Below are positions 46,986 through 56,028 of a stretch of DNA of 64,000 nucleotides, one piece after another (the first letter of the stretch is position 1; every line of letters begins with the position of its first letter). The notes beneath the pieces are model-generated. The model was given only the letters and a program-made list of their open reading frames with translations, ran no database searches and was not told where the DNA came from. Source of the DNA: a virus. Location of the stretch: the IMG/VR virus record IMGVR_UViG_3300017991_000060, positions 53,866-117,865 of that record; one strand, 5' to 3'. The position numbers and the translations under genes were made by a program.

Positions 46986-47253
46986 CGGGGCGGGGGAAGG
47001 TGGCGTAGATGTCGCCATCCCCCTCGAACGGTGTACGTTCGAGAAGACGAGTCAGAGCGGTTTCTAGCACGACCCTGTGCGCGCCCTCGGATCGAAGGTC
47101 GCGGAGAGCCCGGCACGCGCCCCTGGTGGTCTGCGCGGAGCCTACGCGCTCCTCCAGCGTCTCCAGGAACGCCCGGTTGAACTCCTCGACGAACGCATCG
47201 TGCGTGTACTTCAGCCCGGCCACTTCGACGAGCTCCACCCTCGCCTCATCCAC
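46960..47253 (-). CDS. Hypothetical protein
   Basis: GTG start overlapping the RusA stop, GGAGG SD; 97 aa. Confidence 0.55.
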   Translation of the reverse strand: MDEARVELVEVAGLKYTHDAFVEEFNRAFLETLEERVGSAQTTRGACRALRDLRSEGAHRVVLETALTRLLERTPFEGDGDIYATFPRPVDKRVAAE

Positions 47254-47761
47254 GCCATTCCTCCACGACCACCTCAATCCGCGGAGCGCCACCGACCTCG
47301 TGGTACCACTTGCTCGTGTGCTTCTCGACGATCTGGGAGTCGTTCACGTAGGCAATTCCCTGAATGGCGTCCTCGACGGCCTTCTCCACGTTGCCGAGGT
47401 CCACCACCTTCTTCGGGCACGGGACGCGGCCGGTGTGCTTGCGCCACGCCTTGAGATCCTTCGCGAGCGTCTTGGGGCGGGGGAGGTAAATGGCCATCCG
47501 AAACGTCACCGGCCCCTGGATCGGGTCGCCGCACGCCTGGGAAGCGAACAAGGCGACGCGGGACTGATAGGTCCTCGTACGCGCTGGCTTCACGCCTCGG
47601 GTGAACTTCCGGCCGTCCTTCGTCTCGCCGCGGAACACGTCCGGGGCCTTCCACGGCCTCGGCGGACCGGGCACGACGAACACGTAGCGGATCGGCGGGG
47701 GCTCCCCACCGTTCGGGCCGCTGAAATCGAGCATGGCGTCACGGATAAGGTCCGGCGTCAC
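47246..47761 (-). CDS. rusA: RusA family Holliday junction resolvase
   Basis: VVDLGNVEKAVEDAIQGIAYVNDSQIVEKHTSKWY; the usual DxDN is DLGN here. Confidence 0.88.
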   Translation of the reverse strand: MTPDLIRDAMLDFSGPNGGEPPPIRYVFVVPGPPRPWKAPDVFRGETKDGRKFTRGVKPARTRTYQSRVALFASQACGDPIQGPVTFRMAIYLPRPKTLAKDLKAWRKHTGRVPCPKKVVDLGNVEKAVEDAIQGIAYVNDSQIVEKHTSKWYHEVGGAPRIEVVVEEWRG

Positions 47762-49548
47762 ACATCCTCCCCGACCATCGCCGCGATGACCTGGGCAGAT
47801 TCCGTCATCACCCCGGCCTCCGACAGCGCATCCCACAACTCCTCCATCGCCCCGCGGATCAGGTTCGAGAAGTGGAGCGCATCCGCCCTACCGCGCACCC
47901 CGAGCACGGTGAGTTCGAGGGCCGCCACCAGGCGGTCCAGGAGGTCCTCGATGTACCCCTTGCGGAGCGGCCGTTGACGCACGGCCTGGGCAAGCATCTT
48001 CGCGATGTAGTAGAGGTCGATGGTCCTGAAGGCGGACGCCTCGGGGGCGAAGCCCTCCAGGATGGCCCCGGCCGGGACACCAGAGAGGTACGCCTCAACG
48101 AACCCGCCGTGTCCGGCGGCCCCACCAAGTTCGCGGTCGGCCGTGAGCCACCGCACCGCCCAGACGGCCCAATCGTCGTCCTCATCACCGTCAACGAAGG
48201 CGATGGAGTTCACCTCGTCGCCACTCTCCTGGGCCACCTTGTCCATGATGTCGGATTCGTCAGCTTCGTACTTCGTGAGGACGTAGATGTCCACGTCGTC
48301 ATCGTGAAGCTCCTCGAAATCGCCGCGCCCCCAAAGTGCGGCGGCGCGGCGCGGGAACGTCTTGCGAATCTTCTTAGTGATCTTGAACCGGCGCACCTCG
48401 GTGATACCAAGCTTCCGGCGGCGTCCCTCCGTGAGCCCGTGGCGGCGGCGTGCAGCGCGGGAGCGCGTGCGCTCATCCGCAAGCGGCGGCATCACGCTCG
48501 CGGGCGGAATCGTAGGGTTCTTCGGCATCCGCCTCCCCTTGAATGGATTCTGGGCCTGGGGGCGTTGCCTCGCCAGGCGCTTCGCGAGGGACCGCGCTCG
48601 GCGCTTCCGGCCCAGTCCGTGGTCGGCCTCTTTGATGCGCTTCAGGGACTCGACCATCATCTTCCGCTTCGGTAGGTCCTGGGCGCGCTTCTGAACGTCG
48701 ATGGGGTGCGCCACCCGCATGACGATGCGATGGCGGCAGTTCGTGAGGCAGCTCGTGGACCCATCACGCGGCACGGCCGGGATGTTCTCCTTCGTGAAGG
48801 GGCTCCGCTCCATCATGTAGATGCACCCAGGACAGATGCGGCCCTCTTGCTTCGGGTCCTGGTCCGGCGGCTTCGGACCCATCCAGTACAAGAGGGTCTG
48901 AGGGGGGAGCGCAACGATCCGCGCGCTCTCGTACATGAAGCGGAGCGCCTTGATGTAGTTGTCGAACCGCTGCCACACCCGGTCGCGCGCCTTCTCGTTC
49001 TCCTCCAGCACGCCGCTCCGCTTCTGTCGGCGCACCTCGTCCATGAAAAGCTGCCAGTACGAGAGCTCCTCTCGGACCGCGGACCGGAACCATCGCTCCT
49101 CCTCGGCCAGCGTCTCGGGGGCCGGCGTGAACCGCTCCACCCCGGACGCCTTCCGGCCGATGTCGCGCATCTTGGAGTAGGCGATCATCCAGTGCGCCGC
49201 GGATTCCTCCTGGAGCTTGCGGAATGAGACGGTCCCCCGGAGGTACCCGCGGAGGAGGCTCCCAATGTCGCGGCGCGCTTCGCTCACCGCGGGCTTCATC
49301 TCGCGCATGGCGTTGACGCCCGCTTGCTTCACATGGTACCGGACGTTCGCACGGACCTGGTGTCGTAGGCGTCGGTCACGCTCGCCCACGTCTCCGCCGA
49401 GCTGCGCGGTGCCCACAGCCTTCCCTTCGGTGAGCGATTCGAGGATCTCCGCAGCCGGGGCGTCGAGCCCGGCGAAGGGGTCGGTCGTCTCCCCGAGGGG
49501 GAGGCCGGGGTCATTCTCCACGAAGAGGAAAGCGTCCATGTCGTCCAT
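47758..49548 (-). CDS. MuF-like minor head protein with C-terminal extension
   Basis: YWMG...ICPGCIYM...IPAVPRDGSTSCLTNCRHRI is the Cys pattern of MuF/head morphogenesis domains; two genes downstream of the portal. Confidence 0.7.
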   Translation of the reverse strand: MDDMDAFLFVENDPGLPLGETTDPFAGLDAPAAEILESLTEGKAVGTAQLGGDVGERDRRLRHQVRANVRYHVKQAGVNAMREMKPAVSEARRDIGSLLRGYLRGTVSFRKLQEESAAHWMIAYSKMRDIGRKASGVERFTPAPETLAEEERWFRSAVREELSYWQLFMDEVRRQKRSGVLEENEKARDRVWQRFDNYIKALRFMYESARIVALPPQTLLYWMGPKPPDQDPKQEGRICPGCIYMMERSPFTKENIPAVPRDGSTSCLTNCRHRIVMRVAHPIDVQKRAQDLPKRKMMVESLKRIKEADHGLGRKRRARSLAKRLARQRPQAQNPFKGRRMPKNPTIPPASVMPPLADERTRSRAARRRHGLTEGRRRKLGITEVRRFKITKKIRKTFPRRAAALWGRGDFEELHDDDVDIYVLTKYEADESDIMDKVAQESGDEVNSIAFVDGDEDDDWAVWAVRWLTADRELGGAAGHGGFVEAYLSGVPAGAILEGFAPEASAFRTIDLYYIAKMLAQAVRQRPLRKGYIEDLLDRLVAALELTVLGVRGRADALHFSNLIRGAMEELWDALSEAGVMTESAQVIAAMVGEDV

Positions 49549-49551
49549 CGC

Positions 49552-49758
49552 TCAGTCCAGTAGGAGCCGCCGCCCGCACGTCGGGCACGGCTTGCCCTCG
49601 GGAACCTTGCGCCCGCACCGGCACTCCCAGTGCACCACCACCTCCACCTGTCCGGGGTGCTTCGTGCTCGTCGGCTCGTCCGACGGGATCGGCTTGTAGT
49701 GGTAGCTGCGGTCGCTCGGGATCATCTCACTCCACCAGAGGGAGCCCGGAGAGAGCAC
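49552..49758 (-). CDS. Small Zn-ribbon protein
   Basis: WECRCG...CPTCG. Confidence 0.55.
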   Translation of the reverse strand: MLSPGSLWWSEMIPSDRSYHYKPIPSDEPTSTKHPGQVEVVVHWECRCGRKVPEGKPCPTCGRRLLLD

Positions 49759-51559
49759 TGATGATCTTCACCCGCGACATCGCGCTCTCCCGATGGTGCT
49801 CCGCCTTGCTCTCCGCCATGAAGCGGTCCGCCTCCTTGAAGTGTAGGCGAAGGCCGTCCTCCAGATGGTCGCTGACGTGCTCCGCGGAGCCCACGCTCCC
49901 CTCGCACACGCCGTTGCCCTTCGGAGTGAGCGACTCGCGCGCATCCTCCGTCACCTGGGAGACGGTCATCGCGTCCTTACTACCTTTGGAGAGGGCGCTC
50001 TCGACGACGGGCCAGAGATCGGCCAGCCCCTCGTCGCACTCCTGGATCAGTTCACCCGGCAGCTCCTTCACGGAATCCCATGGCCCCATCCCACCACCAC
50101 CCGCTTCGTCAGAAGCGCCCTGGAACACCTTCTTGATGAAGTCCCTGGAGAACCCGCCGTAGCGTTCCAGGCAGAAGGGAGTCCAGACGGCCATGTTCAA
50201 CTTCGCGTCCATCCCAAAGCGCACCGAACGCTCCAAGCGGTCCGTTTTCAATTGGATGACCTCGTTCCGCTCGATCTCCTCCAAGGGGGAGACGGTCGCC
50301 ATGTTCACGGTGAAGGCATTCTCGGAACGGTAGGGATTCAGGCCGCGGAAGGCCAGGTCGATCATCAGCATCCGCGCGACTTCCACGAGAAAGTGCTCCT
50401 GGAGGAGCGCGGCGCGGCGCGCGAACGGTGCCCACTGTCGGGCGAGGGACTGGCCGGGCGCGTACTGCCCGACCTCCCCGCGGCCCAGGTATCCCAAGGG
50501 GAACCCCATCCCCGCCGCGAGGCGTGCGAGGAAGTGGTCGAGGTCGCGCAATAGGTCGTTCTGGTTCGTGGCCGGGAAGTTCTCGATGCTCGTCTGGTTG
50601 TTCGTGCCGCGGGGGAGGACCACATCGCGCGCCACGTCCGGCATCGCACCGAAGGACTCGAACCCAGTGTTCTCTGGAGTGAAGTACCACTCCCGGTACA
50701 TGCGCCGTTCGTAGTCGTGGATCATCATCCACGCCTCGTCGTGCGTCAAGCCGGTGGTGTCCATCAGCACCATCAGGCGGTCCGGCCGCCGGAGCAACCG
50801 CTGGATCACCACCTGGTCCTCCATAAGCTGGAGCTGCCGCCAGGTGATCCTAGAGCCCCAAAGGTAAGAAGCGTCGGCCCCGTACGGGATCGTCATGTCG
50901 CGGGACGGAAGGCGGAAGTGAAGCACCCGATAGTGGGGCACCGCGCTGTCCGCCTCGCGGGAGGGCTTGCCCATCTCGTCAGCGGGAGCGAAGCCGATCA
51001 AGCGGCCGATGTCGTCCTCGATCCGCGCCGCCACCCAGGGTTCGTAAGGGCGGAGGGCAATGACGCCCTTCCCCCGAGCACCCGCAGCGTGGAGGAACAC
51101 GTCGCCGTCACGCGCCATGCCCCGGAGGATCGGGTAGGCTTTCCGCTCCATCTCCAAGCGGTCGAGGGTGTCCGAGAGGATGCGGGCGATGTCGCTGTTC
51201 TTCGCCTCAACCCACAGGACCCGCTTGCGCTCGGGGTCCTTCTGGCTCGCGTTCTTCCCGTACTCGTCGAGGACCGCGGACACGAGGGAGTCCGTGTCCA
51301 TCTCGCGGAAGTTCCAGTACAGCTCGATCCGGCTCTCCTCAGTGGCGAACACCCCGAGGGCGCGGTAGAACTGCTGAGACCTCGCCTCCCGGCGGAGGGG
51401 GTCAGAGCTGTCGTGCCCGCGGGAGGAGCCGTAGAACTGGGGGCGGCGTGACACGCGCCGGTCGGGGAGTCGGTCGAGCTGAGAGATGCGGGCGAGGGTC
51501 TGCCACGGGTGCTTGACCATCTCCCACAGCGTCGGCACGTCTCGGATTCGATCCGACAT
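49727..51559 (-). CDS. Portal protein (T4 gp20-like)
   Basis: ELYWNFREMDTDSLVSAVLDEY, HFRL...YGA...SYLWGSRITWRQLQLMEDQVVIQRLLRRPDR, DLDHFLARL. Confidence 0.94.
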   Translation of the reverse strand: MSDRIRDVPTLWEMVKHPWQTLARISQLDRLPDRRVSRRPQFYGSSRGHDSSDPLRREARSQQFYRALGVFATEESRIELYWNFREMDTDSLVSAVLDEYGKNASQKDPERKRVLWVEAKNSDIARILSDTLDRLEMERKAYPILRGMARDGDVFLHAAGARGKGVIALRPYEPWVAARIEDDIGRLIGFAPADEMGKPSREADSAVPHYRVLHFRLPSRDMTIPYGADASYLWGSRITWRQLQLMEDQVVIQRLLRRPDRLMVLMDTTGLTHDEAWMMIHDYERRMYREWYFTPENTGFESFGAMPDVARDVVLPRGTNNQTSIENFPATNQNDLLRDLDHFLARLAAGMGFPLGYLGRGEVGQYAPGQSLARQWAPFARRAALLQEHFLVEVARMLMIDLAFRGLNPYRSENAFTVNMATVSPLEEIERNEVIQLKTDRLERSVRFGMDAKLNMAVWTPFCLERYGGFSRDFIKKVFQGASDEAGGGGMGPWDSVKELPGELIQECDEGLADLWPVVESALSKGSKDAMTVSQVTEDARESLTPKGNGVCEGSVGSAEHVSDHLEDGLRLHFKEADRFMAESKAEHHRESAMSRVKIISALSGLPLVE

Positions 51560-51563
51560 GGAC

Positions 51564-52169
51564 CTACCCTTCCAGGGCGATGAACTTCAGCTCTCCCTCA
51601 CCTTGGCGACGGACCGCCTCCATCCACGACTTCGGCGGGGCGGCATGATGCCACCCCTCGAACATGAAGGTACCAGGTGCCCCGCGGAAACGCGAGTAGG
51701 CGATCCCAACCTTGTTCGGGTGGAACTCGGTGAACCTCATCTGGATCTCGCCCTGGCCGTCCACGAGCTCCACGGGTCCACCCGGCCACGAGAAGATGAC
51801 GGCCTCCTGGTCGAACTCGCCGCACCACCGAATGGCGAGGTCGCGTAGGTCCTGAACGTCGTCGCCTCCGCCGAGGCCGTGGCGCGGCGGCCGGGTGGCA
51901 GGAATGAACAGCGCGGGCTCCTCGGCGGGCGGCTGGCCCTCCTCAGCCCAAACGCCGACGAGCGGCACGAAGCCGTACCCGGCCGCGCGAACCTTCCGCT
52001 TGAGGTCCTGGAACGCGGCGCGGTTCCCCTGGGGCGTCCGCTCGTGGCGCTCCGAGGACACGATGGCGAAGCCGGTGTCGTTCCACTGACGCCAGACGCG
52101 GGAGAGGCTCGCCTCGTCGAGACGACGCCCAGCCAACGGTATGCTGAACGTCTCGTAGGAGAACCCCAT
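51564..52169 (-). CDS. DUF3293-like protein
   Basis: LDEASLSRVW...FAIVSSER...NRAAFQDLKRKVRAAGYGF...E.ALFI...EFDQEAVIF. Confidence 0.6.
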   Translation of the reverse strand: MGFSYETFSIPLAGRRLDEASLSRVWRQWNDTGFAIVSSERHERTPQGNRAAFQDLKRKVRAAGYGFVPLVGVWAEEGQPPAEEPALFIPATRPPRHGLGGGDDVQDLRDLAIRWCGEFDQEAVIFSWPGGPVELVDGQGEIQMRFTEFHPNKVGIAYSRFRGAPGTFMFEGWHHAAPPKSWMEAVRRQGEGELKFIALEG

Positions 52170-52171
52170 GC

Positions 52172-52567
52172 CTAGCCTCCGATAGCGATAATGGTCACGA
52201 CGGCCTTCGGCGCGGCGGTCGCCACACCGGCGAAGTCGATCTGGTCGATGTCTGGCTCGCCGCCCGCTTGCATGAAGGACCCGCCGGAGCGGAGGGTGCG
52301 CTCGAACGTCGCGGTGTCGGTGTCGCGCACGCGGATCTTCACGGGTAGGTCCGTCACCACCAGGACGAAGTTCTGGGTCCCGAGGTCGCGGATGTCCACG
52401 GCCTTCCCGCCTCCGAACACGTCGCCGGGCTCGATCTCCACCGTGGTGATGAACGGCTGGCGCTGCCCGTTGGCAATGTAGTTGAAGGGGAAGGGCGACA
52501 TCGAAGGGATGTTCGCGTCCTGGGCCGTGAGCTGCACCTGGGCACTCACCACGAGGTTCAGGGACAT
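52172..52567 (-). CDS. Small beta-rich structural protein
   Basis: 131 aa; TAGGAGG SD. Confidence 0.6.
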   Translation of the reverse strand: MSLNLVVSAQVQLTAQDANIPSMSPFPFNYIANGQRQPFITTVEIEPGDVFGGGKAVDIRDLGTQNFVLVVTDLPVKIRVRDTDTATFERTLRSGGSFMQAGGEPDIDQIDFAGVATAAPKAVVTIIAIGG

Positions 52568-52824
52568 GGCGTCCTCCTACGCCGCGACTCCGCGGCGACG
52601 GTGTACGTGGCCCTGGGCGCGCTCACGCGCCGCGGGCACGGGTTGATGGCTTGGCCCACGGCCAGCCGGTGTTGATCTCCGAGGAGCTCTACAAAACGGG
52701 CGCGCTTCACCGTCCGGTCGTCGGAGTCGTCGGAGGAGAGGTCGGCAAGGTCCCAGGCGATCCCCTTCAAAACGTGTTGCCAGGGTTCGCGCTCCTCGAC
52801 CAAGAGGTGGTAGGTGAATCTCAT
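52558..52824 (-). CDS. Hypothetical protein
   Basis: ATG overlapping the terminase TGA; 88 aa. Confidence 0.5.
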   Translation of the reverse strand: MRFTYHLLVEEREPWQHVLKGIAWDLADLSSDDSDDRTVKRARFVELLGDQHRLAVGQAINPCPRRVSAPRATYTVAAESRRRRTPCP

Positions 52825-54911
52825 CGGCGCGCCCTCTCCAAGTACGGGTCGAACCGTTGGCGGAGCTGGTCGCGCGGTCGCGCTCCGGGCTGGGGGTCCA
52901 TCGGGGCCGTCTTGTCGGTGAGGCATCGGAACACCGCGCCCGCTACCGCGTCGGCCACGTCCTTCGACCCCTTCGACCCGTCGGGGTTGCGGTCCCGATG
53001 GTCGATCTTGTCCCGCTTCACGTCGTGCTCCAGTCCTGCAAGCTCCTGATACAGTATCACACGGGCTAGTGCCGCTTCCACAGCTTCCGGCCGCGCCACA
53101 CGCACGAGCTCGGCGGCCGATCCCACCATGAGCCCTCTCGGCCACGGCGCGACGACCCGGTGCTCGTTCATCGCCTGACGAGTATCCTTGTAGGGCTGGC
53201 TCGTCTTGTCCGTGGACTGGTTCTCGGCATGGAACCCGGCGTCACGCATCCGCTGGAGGAAGTCGAAGCTCATGTACTGGTCGGCCGTGACCGACGCGAT
53301 GTGGTAGCCGATCCGCCGGAGCCAGTCGATGAACACGCGAATGCGCCGATAGTCGATGGGCTGGCGGAACGGGCCGCCGATGATCCCGAGATAGAAGTCC
53401 ACCTCCACCGTCTTCACGACTTCACCCTCACCTACACGCGCCGAGTCGTTGGCGAGGTCCTCGGCGGACCTCTCCACCACCTCGTGGCCGCTCGGGTGCA
53501 CCATCGCGATTCCCGTGCGGTCGCCCCCTTGGGAGAGGTCGAGGTGAACGTACCTGGGGGCGTGCGGGTGACGGATCGGCCGGAGGCGGCCCATCTCGAT
53601 GCGGGTCACGAGGTCATGCTCGAATGCATCCTGGAGCTGGGCGCTCTGCCCCTCGTAGACGGGGAGCTCCTGGGCCGTGAACGGGAACACCAGCTCGGGG
53701 TCGAACACGTCGCGGAGCACCTCGCGCCGGGGGAAGAAGGGGTTGAACCCACCGGTGGGCACGTCGTCGATCACGCGAAGGGACTCATAGAGGTCGTCCT
53801 TGTGAGCGCGGAAGTGGAGCACCGGGACGTGAAGGATGAGCGACGGGTCGAGTCCACCTTCCGTCTCGGGAGCCACCGGCTCGATGTAGTAGCCCCCGTC
53901 CATGCGTCGCTCGACGTGATCGAGGACCCGCGCGTCGGTCGTTTCGCTCCCGGTGTACACGCGGAAGGTCGGGTCGCCGGGCTGAAATCCGCGGTTACGT
54001 TCGCGGTGATACCCCTTCGTGTTGATGGACCACCGCGGCCCCCGGACGATGTAGACCCCGCGGCTCCCCTTCTTGTCTTTGATCCGTTGCTCCAGGAAAT
54101 CGGAGGAGGTCCTCGTCTGGGAGACATAAATGCCAATTCCGGGGATGTCGCCCCCCTCCTCGATGAACCGCGACTCCATCCGGCGGGAGACCTCCGCCAC
54201 CATGTCGTGCGCCTTGTTCTCGGTCTTTTCGCCCATGTGGTAATAGTTCAACTCGTCCGCAGAGCACGCGAAGAGGTTCCGGCCAAGGGCGTGCATCTTC
54301 GTGGAGCCGGTGATGACCTGGATGCACTTCTGGGGCCAGTGGATGTACTCGCGGCCCATGGGAAGTCGCGGGTACAGATCGCGGAAGAAGGGCGACTGGT
54401 CGAGGAGCACGTCGCGCAGCTCGTAGAAGCCGACCTGTTTGATGAGCGTCTTGGTCACGGCGTACAGCCCGAAGAACAACATCGCCCGCGGGTTGAACCC
54501 ATAGAAAACATTCGGCTGGCGGAGACAGAAGAGACGGCAGAGCTTGAAAGCAAGCACCATCATCGCGAAGGTCGTTTTCCCGAGGCCCTGGGCTCCGGTG
54601 AGGACGAGCTCGTGGACGCCGGAGTGAGGGTCGCACACCCTGATGAAGTGGGGCCGCCAGTTTGGGTACAGCTCCTCCTTGTAGTGCCCCAGGTAATCCA
54701 TCGAGTCGAGGAACACCTCGGGGGTCGGGGGGATGCGCTCATAGTCGAAGGCGTACAGCGCCTCTAGGGCGGCCTTATCCCGCTTGACGAGCACCTCCTC
54801 TGCTTGGGAGAGAAAGAACCGGCGGGCGGCGGGGGAGAGGTTCATGTAGCGTTCGAGCGAACCTTCCCCAATGTTCGAGAGCACCTGGCGGAACATGGAA
54901 TCATCAGACAC
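52821..54911 (-). CDS. terL: Terminase large subunit
   Basis: Walker A GAQGLGKTT, Walker B SADELNY, nuclease HLDLSQGGDRTG, ADQY and KDVADAVAG. Confidence 0.95.
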   Translation of the reverse strand: MSDDSMFRQVLSNIGEGSLERYMNLSPAARRFFLSQAEEVLVKRDKAALEALYAFDYERIPPTPEVFLDSMDYLGHYKEELYPNWRPHFIRVCDPHSGVHELVLTGAQGLGKTTFAMMVLAFKLCRLFCLRQPNVFYGFNPRAMLFFGLYAVTKTLIKQVGFYELRDVLLDQSPFFRDLYPRLPMGREYIHWPQKCIQVITGSTKMHALGRNLFACSADELNYYHMGEKTENKAHDMVAEVSRRMESRFIEEGGDIPGIGIYVSQTRTSSDFLEQRIKDKKGSRGVYIVRGPRWSINTKGYHRERNRGFQPGDPTFRVYTGSETTDARVLDHVERRMDGGYYIEPVAPETEGGLDPSLILHVPVLHFRAHKDDLYESLRVIDDVPTGGFNPFFPRREVLRDVFDPELVFPFTAQELPVYEGQSAQLQDAFEHDLVTRIEMGRLRPIRHPHAPRYVHLDLSQGGDRTGIAMVHPSGHEVVERSAEDLANDSARVGEGEVVKTVEVDFYLGIIGGPFRQPIDYRRIRVFIDWLRRIGYHIASVTADQYMSFDFLQRMRDAGFHAENQSTDKTSQPYKDTRQAMNEHRVVAPWPRGLMVGSAAELVRVARPEAVEAALARVILYQELAGLEHDVKRDKIDHRDRNPDGSKGSKDVADAVAGAVFRCLTDKTAPMDPQPGARPRDQLRQRFDPYLERARR

Positions 54912-55065
54912 CGGCCACCTCCTCGACCCCCAGGATACCCGAGGAATACCCTAGAAGAAAAGGAGTCCATCAGGAGGTCCTCTCCCCCCTATCTGTCATC
55001 GTGGATGGGTTTGGACATAAATGCTTCTCAATATTGCACATCTAGCACTGGGCAGACCCTACAGG

Positions 55066-55095
55066 TTGAACACGCGACAATGCGTGTGCTAAGAT
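55066..55095 (+). promoter_or_regulatory. sigma70-type promoter for the HNH gene
   Basis: TTGAAC, 18 nt, TAAGAT with extended -10 TG; CACGC-N6-GCGTG palindrome in the spacer; A/T-rich intergenic region. Confidence 0.6.
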
Positions 55096-55130
55096 ACCCT
55101 AAAGATTGAGCACGCAACATGGGAGGGCCG

Positions 55131-55589
55131 ATGGCACGTAAGCGGTGGAAACACTCCAGCCACAAGTACCGGGCGGAGTACATGGCGTGGGCCAACATGC
55201 ACCGCCGGTGCTACGGCGGCCATCCGGTGGACTGGCAGTACCGCGCGCGGGGGATCGCTGTCTGCGCGCGGTGGGCCTCGTTCGACGCCTTCATGGATGA
55301 CCTTGGACCGCGGCCGACGAAGGGGCACACACTGGAACGGATCGACAACGAGGGCGACTACGCCCCCGAGAACTGCCGCTGGGCCACCTGGGGGGCGCAG
55401 CACAACAACAAGCGCGGCGTCGTGAAAGTCACGCTGGACGGGGAGACGCTCTCGCTCGCCCAGTGGGCGCGGCGCATCGGGATGAAGCCCGGAACCCTCC
55501 GGTGGCGGGTGTCGCGGGCGAGGGCCAACGGTGGCTCGGCAGAGGACGCCGTGCGGAAGGCCGTCGAAGACGCCGGGGGCGTGTTGTAG
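55131..55589 (+). CDS. HNH endonuclease
   Basis: WANMHRRC...RGIAVCARW..FDAFMDDLGPRP...TLERIDNEGDYAPENCRWAT...NNKR plus C-terminal DGETLSLAQWARRIG HTH; GGGAGG SD before ATG 55131. Confidence 0.92.
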   Translation: MARKRWKHSSHKYRAEYMAWANMHRRCYGGHPVDWQYRARGIAVCARWASFDAFMDDLGPRPTKGHTLERIDNEGDYAPENCRWATWGAQHNNKRGVVKVTLDGETLSLAQWARRIGMKPGTLRWRVSRARANGGSAEDAVRKAVEDAGGVL

Positions 55590-55602
55590 GCGCGTCGGTC
55601 AG
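55587..55602 (+). repeat. Class A motif: TAG-N6-CGGTCAG at HNH stop
   Basis: TAG GCGCGT CGGTCAG G. Confidence 0.75.
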
Positions 55603-55627
55603 GCGGCCGGGCCGCGGTCCAAATGCG

Positions 55628-55668
55628 AAAAAAGCGTGGCCGCACCGCCTTGCGTTGACGGTGCGGCC
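55628..55668 (-). terminator. Intrinsic terminator for the minus-strand early operon
   Basis: Perfect 10-bp stem 55638-55647/55659-55668, then ACGC-TTTTTT on the minus strand. Confidence 0.65.
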
Positions 55669-55758
55669 TGGTATGGTGGTGAGAGTCGCTCCTGGCGATG
55701 CTGGATCATGCGCGGCCCGCGCCCCCGAACGCGGGCCGTCGCTCTGTACAGGGCGCAT

Positions 55759-56028
55759 CTACGTGCGCCCGCTTGCACGAAACCCATCCACGATGGTCTC
55801 GATCCTGAACGCCCAGCCCCGGCCGTTCAGGATGCGGAGGGCGAGCTCCTTCGGACGCCGCGCGAGGTCCGGTCGCACGTCGTGTTTGGCGATCTCGACA
55901 TCCTCCTCCCCAGCGCGGCGGAACTTCGCGGCCATCTTCCGCGCGTCCTTCAAGGAGGTGTACCAACGGGAGCGGTCGTTCGTCTCGTCGGAGGGATCGA
56001 GGCCGGGGTCTACCTGGTAGAAGTGCAT
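55759..56028 (-). CDS. Hypothetical protein
   Basis: MHFYQVDPG..., 89 aa, ATG overlapping the upstream TGA. Confidence 0.7.
   Translation of the reverse strand: MHFYQVDPGLDPSDETNDRSRWYTSLKDARKMAAKFRRAGEEDVEIAKHDVRPDLARRPKELALRILNGRGWAFRIETIVDGFRASGRT

Noticed and set aside
52821-54911. Intein or intron in terL, or in other core genes
   Set aside because: No C/S...HN splice-junction pattern or interrupted frame was seen; lengths are compatible with uninterrupted genes.
37298-55770. tRNA or rRNA genes in the structured intergenic regions (37.3-37.5 kb, 55.6-55.8 kb)
   Set aside because: No cloverleaf, TTCGA T-loop or CCA end was recognised.
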